Below, piece by piece: positions 22,584 to 34,700 of a stretch of DNA of 64,000 bases. A program made the translations under genes and the position numbers. The notes beneath the pieces are model-generated. The model had not been told where the DNA came from and ran no database searches. It saw only the letters and a program-made list of their open reading frames with translations. Numbering within the stretch: the stretch's first letter is position 1; every line of letters starts with the position of its first letter. Source of the stretch: Phallusia mammillata (Eukaryota); assembly GCA_965637545.1 (NCBI GenBank), contig OZ281499.1:5394001-5458000 (forward strand), written 5' to 3'.

Positions 22584-25500
22584 TCAAGTTTGTGTACAGG
22601 GTGCATTGCATGTTACTGGACATTGTGACTCCATTTCTGTTGCATATGTTGGGTCCGTGCAAAGATGCTGCAGTTGTTGACATCTTTCTGTTGATTCATC
22701 CACACAACCTAGGGGAAAAGTAAAGATGTTTCATAGCAAGCATTCATATGATTTAGGAGCAGGAATTTGTAATGTATAGTAAAAAATGTTTCCTTTCTTG
22801 CCACAAAAAACAGTTTAACATGTTGAATGCTTACCTCGAGGAGTTATTGGACTGCTTGTAGTTGTTACTGCAAACAAATTTTGATTGGTTAGAAATACAG
22901 TTAAACGTGTTTTTGGCAATTAGTGATAATCTGCATGCATTTAGTGTGTTACCTTGGCAGAGTCCACAACTGAGTTTACAGTTTTGTTTCAGTAACGTAA
23001 CTGTTTTACATAAGTCTCCATTGCGAACACGTTGACAGGATGGGAACTTGTCCTCACATAGTCCATTATCTAAAGAAATAAAAAGTGAATATTTGATATC
23101 CAAAAACTGGTAAGAAGTCATTTACATGTCTACATAACATGCGTTAAATTATCCAGTTTTTAGCCTTTTTTTAAGTGTAACTTCTTGACACGTGTGTACT
23201 CTTTTTCTTTTGACTTATGTGGACTTACCAGTAGTTGTGGTGATAACTGTTGTAGTTGTAGGCCTTCTGGTTGGTGGTGTTGTCAGCCCCTGCTGACCTG
23301 GAAAAAATACTAACATTCTAAATTCTTGTCAAATTGACTTTTCCTATTCCACAAAGTAGTAATTATGGGTCCCCTTCCCTGAAGGGGACACATATTGTTT
23401 TTGTCTGTATTTTTTCTCTTATTTTGTTTTTTTCGGTCTAACGCGGATTTGTTCCCACGTTTTGGTCAAGAAGATATGGTTCAAACTCTTTCAAATTTAC
23501 ACACATTATAGATTTTGGTCTAAAGATGTTCCATGTGAGTTTTGACCCCGTTTGATCCCTCGGTTCACCCATGGCCCCCCAAAACGTGAAATTTTTAAAA
23601 CAGCTATACTTGTTTAAGCAGATGATTCTGGAGTTTCATACTTTTTTGATTGGTACATTGCAGCGTATTTCAAAGTACTTTGTAACTTGAAGTTGTATAT
23701 ATCCACTTTCACCCCTTTACCCCCAAATATTTGTTTGTTTGTTCACATGTTAATGAGGTCAGAAATACAAGACTTAACCTGCTGAAATTTTAAACAGCTG
23801 TGGATATGGTGCTCCTTGTTGGCTGTTAAAAATGTCAGTGCAATCGGCTCAGTAATTGCTCTTACAGCCCCAAATATATATGTTTTTACATGCTGTCTTT
23901 TGTCAAATTTGTGCTCGCTCAGTGCACAGCTGACGCAATGGGAGTGATTGACGATAGTGGCGCATGGAAAAATGCCTCTGCTTCACGCATGAATGCAGTC
24001 GTCACTTGACCATTTTTTCTCACTGGTTGGAATTGAGACGTTAAGATGTTAGTTATATTGCACTGTAAACGTTAATGTAGGTCAACTTATTCGTGTTTCG
24101 AATCGCAGAGCGACAACGCAACACGATTTGTTACACCTGTGTAACGTGACTTCTCAAACTGAAAGCGTTAATAAAACTGTTTCAGAACAGGTTTTGGACA
24201 TAAAATGCCCAGCTAAGCAATCGTTTTCAGGGAACGCTATGTACAGATTAAAAATCATAAACAAATAAAGGGCTATTAAGGAAAAAAATGTTGAAACTTT
24301 GTTAAAAGTTTATATAGTTGGACTCATCCATTTTCCACCTCGTGAAAACAACGCGCAACACTATTCCAGTTTAACAATGATTGTGCCCTATTTTTACTGT
24401 TACCAAATCGCGTATGCACATGTGTGGGGACCCATTAGATTATGCTTGCAGAAACAATTATGTTATAAAATGCCAGGAAAAAGATAGGGACCCAATGAAA
24501 TGTAGGTGCCAAATATATATCCATTATAAATATAGTAAATGGTATATGTGATACATCGTTAAATATGATGTAGTACAGGGGTGGCCAACCCCCGGCTCGC
24601 GAGCCGCATGCGGCTCTTTGCCTGGTGTTATGTGGCTCTTACGTTGTTGCGGAAGTTTGGGGCCACTGCGGATTTTTTGGTTAGTTTGTGGCTATGACAT
24701 TTTGCTTTTAAACAAACTTACTATCGGTCTGGCCACAAACGTTGCCTTGAAACTGGAACGGTATTAGACAAATGGCTTGATTATGATGGCACATATTCAA
24801 TTGTTGAATGATGACTGATTCCTCATTGTTTCGTTCAATGCAAATAAAACACAAAGCAACAGCAATATTTACAACAACGTGTTCAAAAATTAATAATGTT
24901 TCAATCCGTTGTTTTTCGGGTTATGACCAACGTTATTTTATGGGCAGTCTGTCTCATGGTCGTGGGTTTGAGTTGAGCGATTGTTTGTGTTGAATACATT
25001 AGTGACGTCGCAATAAATTTAGTTTTACCACCTTGCATTTTTCGACCCCTACTTTTGGGCGCACACATTAGATGAAAGTACCGCAAAGTTCAAAGCAGGG
25101 AAAATCTTTTAAGTTTTTGTCAACTTAGCCTTCAAAATGGCAGAGAAAAAAAAGATTTCAGTACCTCACCAGAAATGAATCTCACCGCCCGTTACTGATA
25201 GTAAGATAAAGAAGGGATATTTTAATTTTATGTTCGTTAAAATGAGAGTTTGTGTGTAAGACACTGACAGATCATTCATTGTTAAAAATGACTGGCCTGT
25301 GGTCTGTACAAGTCAAATTGTGTCATTATTATGTTTGTGTGCGACATTTAGAATAAATCTGGCTAATACAGGTTGTTCATGTTGGCTTATGTGTATAATG
25401 TGGCTCTTTGTGGTAACACAATAACAAATGTGGCTCTTAGGCATTGACCGGTTGGCCACCCCTGATGTAGTATATATAAACTGGCAATATATAGGAAAAC

Positions 25501-25716
25501 CACTATTCTAGTTTGGTAATTATAATTAGGACACTTTTTATGTAGTAGGGTGTTGCTTTGTGGGGCAGAATACACTTGTGTCAAACTTACTTAGTAATCT
25601 TGCTCGAATGTTACATGAATTGCATGACACTGGACAGTTGATCTGTAGTCTCTCTTGCAATTGACATATTCTGTTGCCTTTAAACCTTTCGCACAATCTA
25701 GAAATGTCTTTACAAT
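22584..25716 (-). CDS. ShK domains 8-10 and terminal exons
   Basis: 25716-25591 (CPVSCNSC), linker 23297-23229, 23069-22953 (CKLSCGLC), 22708-22584 (CPVTCNAPCTQT*). There is no TM or GPI segment at the C-terminus. Confidence 0.9.
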
Positions 25717-28700
25717 CTGAAACAAGAAAACTGATTAGAACAGCAGTTAATCTATTTAACTGCTACTAATTCTTTTCTCATTATTTTATGTAAACAGTAA
25801 GATATTTGGGATTTATAATTCTGACATAAGTAAATAGATTATTTGTTTGGGATAATCAGCTGTAGTGGGTTGTGAAATACATCTTTATACAAACAAAAGA
25901 AAGCTTTAATTTTAATGGTTTAAATGTAACAAACAAAAGAAAGATTTTAATTATAATTTATCCTACCTGAAGGCGTGGTTGCTGGAACTATTGTTGTTGT
26001 GAGTAGTTCTGTGAATGTTATGGTTGTTGTAGCTTCAGTCATTGTCAATGTTTCTGTCATGGTTGTTACTGGTATTTCTTCAGTTGTTGTAGCAGCCGCA
26101 GCAACGACAGCAGCCAGTGTTTCTGTTGTAAGGGGTGCTTTTGTTGTAGTTACTGGTACTTCTGTAGTTGTTGTAGCAGCTGTTGTTTCTGTTTTAACAA
26201 GTTCTGTTGTTGTCATTGTTGTTGCCGCTGTTGTTTGTGTTGGAACATTTTCTGTAGTTGTCATTGTTGTTGCAGCTGTTGTTTCTGTGGTAATAGGCTC
26301 TGTTGTGACAGTTGTTACTTCTATAGATGGTGGAGTAGGTTCTGTGGTAGCAGGTGGAACTGCTACCTCTCTTCCTGTTACGCTGGCGCTGTAAAAGTGG
26401 AATTTTCATTTCTTCAAAAACTTGTTATTAAGAGAACAGTGATCTTTTGTTATTTCCAAGATTAGTCCTTTATCTAAGAATAGTCTTTTTTGTCCCAATT
26501 TTAATGTCAAATGCAAGTTTCTAAATTTTGTCCACAAACCATTTTTTTAACAAGCATTAGCTTCGTAAAATACAGAAAAATAATGATTTTTCACCTTATT
26601 GGTTGGCACATCTTGCATGTAAATGAACATGTTTTTACGAGAAGTTCTTTGTAACTTTCATCGGAACAGAAGTGATCAAGATCCTCGCATCTATCATATG
26701 TGTCACCACACACTAAAATAATAAAGTAGAATTGCAAAAAACCTAAACTTTTGTATTTTATACAACACAAATATGTGATTTTTTAAAATCAAAAAAAGTA
26801 TCACACTTGACTAACATCTTTACATTTTAGCAGCAACAAGAATATTCAATGTAAATATGATGGCCAACATTTAAATTAATGAGAAAGTATTAGTTTGGAC
26901 ACTGTTCCTGAGAATGTTTTTAATATTAATGTTTTACCCAAAACGTAAGGACAAGCAAAAAGACATTGTCTTGAAGTTACAGTTAGGAAGAGGATAAAAA
27001 ACAGCTCAACATTTAACGCTACCAACAACAAGAAAGCAAACCTGTATGTTGAGGTGGTGATTGTAGTGACCACGGACTTCTTTTCTTGTCTGCCATTGCA
27101 GTAACAGCAGCTATATATGATGTTCCCGGAAGCAATCCTCTCATGATGTGTTCATAGTTGTGTTGAGAAAGAGAGTTATCATACATCACAGTCATCGTTT
27201 CATTGCCATTTACAGGACTTAAACTGATTTCAAACTCAGATACTGTGAAAGATACTTGTGGCATTTTCCATGTTACTGTCAGTGTGGTAGTTGGGTTTCT
27301 TGTCCTTTGGTGTACTTCAACTTGATATGGCATTGGAGGAGCTAAATTGAGACATATTGGCCATAACAGGCATTTGTTTACCCAGTTGTATCAGTTTTTA
27401 GGCTGCTGTTTTTTGAAGAAAAATCCTAAAAATGTACTTTCAGTTGCATTCACTGTCATTTTGTGGGCTTAACCTCAGTTTTTAGATGTTGACTTATACA
27501 CGACTTAATGTGATCGGTTTAGTTGTGTTTTTTACTTCTTTTAAGTAATGTGCAGTCAACTTAAAAAAAAGCAATGGTTAACTTACATTTGTTAAATTCA
27601 TTTTGTGCAAAACTTTCAACAATTGCTATTATTATTAATGCGACTTTACTTTGTTTGCGATCCCGCTTTTCAAAATTATTTTTCTGCTAAAACAGGAAAA
27701 AACCACAAATATACCTATTTGCACTTCATTCGAGGGCAGTGAAGATTGTGCTTCAGAAGTTCCTCGCTTGGCAATGACAACTGCTGAATAGGTCTCCCCA
27801 TACATAAGCCCAGAAACACCATGGACATACTGCTGGTTCGAAACTAGTATCTCATCTCTCATCGGCAAAGAAAGCATTCGTATAGGACTGACGACAATCT
27901 CAAATTCGGTGGTGGTGTCTCCCGGTGGCATTTCCCATGTAACTATTAGGGAGTTTTCTGGTCCAGAAGTCAGCTGGACATTGTATGGAGTTGCTACCGC
28001 AGCTATGGAAAAAGTTGCATGGGTTATATTGGAAAAGGTGTCTACTCAACTTTTGCATTTAAAGGTGTTTTCAAAAAAACAACTATTCAAGGTATTAGTT
28101 AAAACCAATAGCGATAAAATCCTTGGTGAAAACAGAACCAGTCAGTTTATGTAAAGGAGCATATATTATGCCTATGTGGCATCATCAGTTTCTCATTCAA
28201 ATAGAATCAGATTCTATAATAGAAAAAGGCAAACATTGATCGTCAGTTTCAGCCTTGCTGTTGATGGTTTTGATCCATTACTTCAACTTTCATTTTCACC
28301 AACTTTTCAAGGTTTAGTTACGTTTTTGGATGGTACATCAATACTTTAGGTGCCACGCTGTTTAATAGATGCACTTTTTTGGATTTATTTTTTACACCTT
28401 GATAAATGGCAAAAGTTGTACTGCATCTGATTGTCAAGCAATGATTTGCCACTTAGAAATTGTATCTTTTAAATGGTATTGCTTGCACTTTATATACAAT
28501 GTTATCTTGCAATGAAAAAATCTGAATGCTACCTGGTTCATTTCTGCCACATCGTCCACAAGTTTTGTTGCAAAGCGTTGTAATATGGTCATAGTCAGGA
28601 TTTTGACAATATACTGCTACCTCCTGGCAATTCTGAAGTTTGTCTGTGCATTCTATTTTGACAATAAACAATTAAATTGATTCGTTGATTAGTCCACTAT

Positions 28701-31700
28701 CGATTACAGAATTTTTGATTTCTTTCTAATAGCTGATATTTTATGTAAATTTTTGAGTATCTTTATGTTTATTTTTTTTTATCTCGTATGCAAAGGGATT
28801 AAATTCCAATTTTAGCCATTTGTTAACAAAATCATCTGGTTAATTGCATAATTCGGTTGGTAGCATAAAAAGTGAATACCCAGATTTGTGTCATACACAA
28901 AAGTTTAGTTTTGTTAGTAAGTCAATTTATTTAGTGATGCACTGAACTGAGTATTCTGTAGACTAAGGCCAAATCTAAAACTCCCGTTCTTTTGAATGCT
29001 TTTAACTGGACCTTGTGTTGTCAATGCAAGTAAACTCATTTATGATTGTCCAAAATGGCTTTAGCAACATGTAAGCTGAATAAAATGCCTAAAATTTTGC
29101 TCCCAATTTGGTTTAATTTTTGTGAATGTAATAATTGGTTATGAGTTTTTTAATGATTGATCATACTGTTTTAGTCGAAAAAACTGCCTAATTTTTCAGT
29201 GCATCACTACAATTGTTGTCTAAAACAGTTTTGGAGCATGCATGTTAAAAAATGCTGACAGTTAGGAGCACCAAACACCCCAATTAATTTTTTTTATAAT
29301 GCTGTTTTTGTGCACCAAGGTAACTGAGTTAACTAGCAGTAAACTCTGTCGGTATCTTCTTGTCTATGCCATTAAGTCTGACATTACCCCAAACTTGCTG
29401 ACGTGCCTTATTTATGTTTCATACCCAAATAAATACCCTTTCATTAAAGTACCCATGCACAACCAGTATGCGTTTTCCTTCTTAATATGTTCACACCCAG
29501 TCTCTACACATGCTGTTAAATGTAACTAATATTTTACCATTTGTTCCTTGGTCTGTGTTGTCTTGGCTGAATAAAAACAAATGTCTTGTTACATTTTTTT
29601 TTGTTACTTTCATCCTTTTTACAGCAATTTGGAAATAAATGATTTTTTAAAGCAAGAAAAGATTTGGTTGCTTAATAGGATGATAAGGTGTTAGTATTAA
29701 ATCAGTGTATTTGCAGATTTTTTTAATTTTTTTGGTCCTAAAATATAATTTATATCATTTTTCCAATCCAAATTCAACTGTAATTGTATCTGTAAGCCTT
29801 CTTTTTTATGTCTAATATGTTTTTTTGGTAAGATATATTATGATATCCTAAAATGTTAGTTTAGAAGACATCACACACATGCAAATTGCATATTGTTCTG
29901 AAAAGAACATATATCCAGGGATGCCATAATTTAAGGCTAAAATTGGGGGCAACTAGAAATAATTTATGATTTGGTCGCAAAACGAAAGGTGTTTTTGTTT
30001 TAATTTTTTTTTTTTTTTGACATTGACATGCGAACGTTCATTTTTTTAAGTAAAATAACTACCCAGTTTGCCCAAACTTGGTTTAAATGTGCAAGTAAAA
30101 AAAGGTCATTTCAATCATTTTATGGGCAATCGTGTTTCTGAGGCCCAATTCAATAACGTAGCAAATCTTGGGAAAAAATATGGTATGGCAACCTTACATA
30201 TATGATCTGTTCAGATTTCAAAATGTGGCACCCAAACTGCTACAAAATGCTTTAAGTGTAGAAGCCTTGGATAGTGATTTTTTCACATCCAACCGGTTAG
30301 TGTTACCAGTCTCAAGTAGTAAATTTTATTACGAGAAAATATGCAAGGCAAAGTAATCAGTGAAACAACGAAAATGGTTGATCAAAAGAAATACTTGTGT
30401 TGGTTAAAAGCACTGTAAATTTTGGCATCATGCAACTTTTTACACATGCATTTCTTTTGGAACACAAAGATGCATTTGTAAATCATGTTAAAGAAATAAA
30501 TAGGTTTGGCAGAAGTAAAAAGCGAAATGCAACCAAAAGTGTTAGTTCAGGTTTACTTTGAAAACTGACAGAAGACAATGAAAGGTTTAACAATCTAAAT
30601 GCCTGAAAACATGCAAAAGCAATATTTCTAAGGCTATCAGTAGAAAAGTAATGTCTGTGAATGTCAGGTTTTGATAGCTGGACATTCTGTGGATTGCATG
30701 CATTTTTTGCAACATGCCGATTCAATGCAATCAATACCAAGCTGTTATGTATTACCTTCTTCCTTCACAGAAGTTGCATGTTTTTTTGCAACCAGCCATT
30801 AAACTGGCATATGATGCATCGTTACACAAACTGTCAATATCCTTGCAATAGCTGTGAATGTCCACACACTCTGAAAACCAATGGAAAATGGTGTTTAATT
30901 AATTACCACATTACTGTAACAAATTGATAACAAGTCAAATGAAGCAGCAGAGTGATAAAACTTTGAAAAAATGTTTGTTTTTTACAATAAACATTTATAC
31001 TGTTTGTTAGTAAATAATGTTTCAAAGCCATTAACTTTAAGGCTTGTCAAATGTGATTTTTGTACAGACGACTCATTTCTAGCTTTTATTAGTTGGAAAA
31101 ATCAACAACACCTCACTTTGCACACATAACTAATAAACACTTCTTACCTATATCAGGAGTAGTAGTGGGAACTTCAGTTGTTGTAGTGGTTGTCGTTGTG
31201 GTTGGTGTTGTGGTTGGTGTTGTTGTAGGTGTTGTTGTAGGTGTTGTTGTAGGTGTTGTTGTAGGTGTTGTTGTGGGTGGTGCAGTTGTTCTGGGAGGCG
31301 TTGTAGGAGCATTTGTAACTAAAAAATATAAGCAGTTGTGCAATCCATTGAAAAATTACAATCATAACAATGAACCAAAATATGTTTGGTGCCTAAACTA
31401 TTAGGATTTTATCAATACATGACATTACATTGACCGTTGTAAATTTCATGAAAACTAAAACGTTTTTTATTCCAACATGATACTATCCCTACCTAAAACC
31501 ACAAACTATTTCTAAAATTCTTATTTCGTTTTGTTTGGTTATTGACCGCATACACCTTTGTTTGGTGAAACTCACCTGTTTGGGTTGTTGTTGGTTGACA
31601 TATTCCGCAAGTTTTCTCGCATACACTTGCTAGAGTCTGATTTGAAATGAATGAATCACAAGATGTAATTCCAATTGCCTGTCTGCACAAGGCTTCGCCC

Positions 31701-34700
31701 AATCCGTCTTTGCATTCATTTGGTTTTGCTACACAAACACGAAGATATTACTATTAACGTTTCAACAATTGATCCGAACAAACAACATGGTGGTAACAGA
31801 ATAGTTGTCACAACAAAACAAAAAGTTTGTCAAGGTGTACCAGTTGTTGTTGCTATTGTTGTTGTAGTTGTGGCTGTTGTTGTAGGAGTTGTTGTTGGAA
31901 GATATGCGAGGAAAGGTTCAGGAATTGGATCCGCACAGAAGTTGCAAGTACGTCGACAGTACAAATATAGATCATTGTATCTGCTTGGCCTAGAGCAAAT
32001 TTCCCGAATTCGTGGACATGTGGGATACTCATCAACACACATTGCTGGAAAAGACAAAGTTTATTGTTATATAAGCACATACAACAGGAAAAAACATCTA
32101 TAGAGTAATTTGTGCCTGATTTTTCGTGACAAACATTTCAATGTAACACATAAATGTCTTTTCTACATACAAACAATTCTTGTTTATATCAGGTCTAACA
32201 ACCACTCAGAATCTATGAAAACTGAATTTGTTATTAATCAGTATCTTTAGTTGCAAGAAATTCTGATCCTTACTTATTGGATATGAGAGAACTGGAAGAG
32301 TTGTAGTAGTGGCTGTTGTTGGAATAGTAGTTACAGTGGTGGTGGATACTGGATCAACTGTTTCGGTGCAGGTGTTGCAAGACTTTTTGCATATTGCAGA
32401 TAAGGCGACACCTCGAATAATGTCTTCACAGGAGGCCAAAGATATTGCTCTCTCACAAACAGAGTCACTTAAATCGTTCTTGCATTTAGGAGGTGGCTTC
32501 GGTTTTCCTGGTTCAGTTTCAGTACCTAAATCAACATTGTTAAATAAGTTGCCAATAACTCTTTCCATCCTAACTGATACACTGAAGTCACCCAGTTAGC
32601 AAAAAAAGAGTATAGTATGTGACTTTTTGGGGCGATAAACCATGTCAAAACTCTGTTAATGTTTTTCACAAAACAGAAATACAAAATTCAGACAAAGTAA
32701 TCAAACAATAAAAAAACCTTTGAACTAACACAGTTTGAATTAATATCACTATTTTTGGGATAGCTTTCCCATTAATTGACTAACATTTAGGACACCGTAA
32801 TGTTGAAGTTTAAGTGAAATGAAAACTAACCCTTGCAAACTCCACATGTAATGGGGCAACTTCGTTTAACCACTGGTATTGATTCACATGAAGATCTTCG
32901 CACTTTGCAGATGTCGGCATATTGCTCATTACAATCCACTTTTTCTTGTCCTTAAAAAATAACTGTAATCTGTCTTCCCGAACTGCAGCTTATAATTCAC
33001 AAAATATTACACACAATCAAATGTATATCAGTTCTCATAATACATTTAAGTTGAAAATATCTTTCCTATTACCAATCAGGCTAACCTTTTAGGTCTTTTG
33101 ACTTACAAACACAATTGATTTTGTTTAGCCTAATGCAAATATCTACTGTACCAAAACACAGTGTTTTTAATGAGGTAGCTGGTGCTGAATAATTATATAC
33201 ACTCCTTAGTATGTAGTATGTGCATAAATCAATGCTTTTTAGCGACATATATTTGATCTTCATAAGAAATGATTTTAACCCGGAAATAAACATTTCCCAA
33301 ATTTGTGCATAAATCTGTTTAAAGTTGTGTCTAATTTTTAATGTATTTTTAGGCGATGAAACAAAATAAGTTCTATCTTAACAAATGATAGGATGAATAT
33401 ACATTTGGATTAAGCTCAATTGTTTAACATACCAGGTTCAGGACAAGCAGCTGTATTACAGTCTTTCTCTTCTCTGGGTTTTTCACCGCAGAGTTCACTG
33501 GGAGCAGGTCGATCATCATGATACAAGCAGAAGCGCTCACGATTTCTTGTGCCCTTACCACAAGTCTTTGTGCATTTACTCCATTGTCCCCAGGGTGACA
33601 GCTTCGGTTCTGAAATTACACAAATGTGAACAATTCATTAACAAACAGGTAAGTTGTTGAATCATTTATTAAAAAAAACATCAGTATTTGCAAAATATTT
33701 CCTAAAAAACATTTTAATGTTCACAACTGTTTGGGTCAGGAAATTCTCACATAAAGTCAAATGAAACTTTGGACAAGCTGTTTTGAAAAAATCACTTACT
33801 TGGAAAATGATTTAAATATCTAGGTATGGTTCTTAAAAGTATGATATTTTTTTTCCATTATATCACTGATGGAACATCAGTATTTGCAAAATATTTCCTA
33901 ACATTAACTTTATTATTCACAACCGTTTGGGTCGGAAAATTGTGAAAAAACGCCTAAATCTACTACTCAACTGTTTTCTTCTGAGAAGTAGCAGTTGGGT
34001 TCAGCAAAACTGTTGTAGCAGCATCCTTGTGCCTCACAAGACTGTCTTGTTACTCCGGGAAATGCACATTGTGCTCTATCAAAAATATTGAGGAGATTAT
34101 TTTATGCCTTCAAATACAGTTGCAGAAAAATTGGGCACAAATGCTTTTTCGATGATCAACAATATTTTATTTCAGACTGAAAATAGTTTTACTTGAACAT
34201 TTGTACAATTTAATAGTAAACAGTGCATTTTCACTTTTTTAATTTTTGAACTCAATCACCAGGCATACCTTCAAGTCAAACTTAACTTAAATATGGTTTG
34301 TTGTACTTACCTTACACCAAGAAGTACAGCACAATTTTGAGCAGTTACATGCTCTAAAAAAACAAAAAACATAATTAGAGTTAGATAAATAAGGTTACTG
34401 CATTGATTTTGTTAGTTATGTCAACTTTTGTAGTTTATTTGTGTATTCCTTTAAAGAGCAAATTGAAGGCATAACGAAATGCACAGCTTTGGAGTTCATT
34501 AAATTGCATAATAAGGTGTCAAGGTGTATAACTTATTAATTTTAGTTTAAAATCCATGTGTTTTATTCAATGCTGGGATTCAGCCGGTTCGCACCGGTTC
34601 TATAGAATCGTCTCACGAAATTTTATGAGATCAGCGAACCGGTTAGCATTACCGAGGACTGTCAATGGACTTTTTGTAACAGAACCGGCTGAAAAGTATG

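Noticed and set aside
24576-25464. Autonomous transposon
   Set aside because: It is only 889 bp with no transposase ORF or DDE motifs.
26374-26388. Alternative acceptor at 26374 for the mucin exon
   Set aside because: It was only needed if FN3 spliced directly to the mucin exon. The phase-2-ending ShK7 exon (26712-26595) makes the stronger acceptor at 26388 fit.
25975-26394. 139-aa plus-strand Val-rich ORF (also 31093-31404, 31675-32103, 32309-32599)
   Set aside because: These are antisense mirrors of Thr-rich codons (ACN to NGT). The minus strand has the splice sites and the ShK context.
29415-29512. Cys-containing minus-strand exon candidate (CVETGCEH..WLC)
   Set aside because: It has only three Cys, and the intron from the 29-nt microexon would be only ~25 nt.
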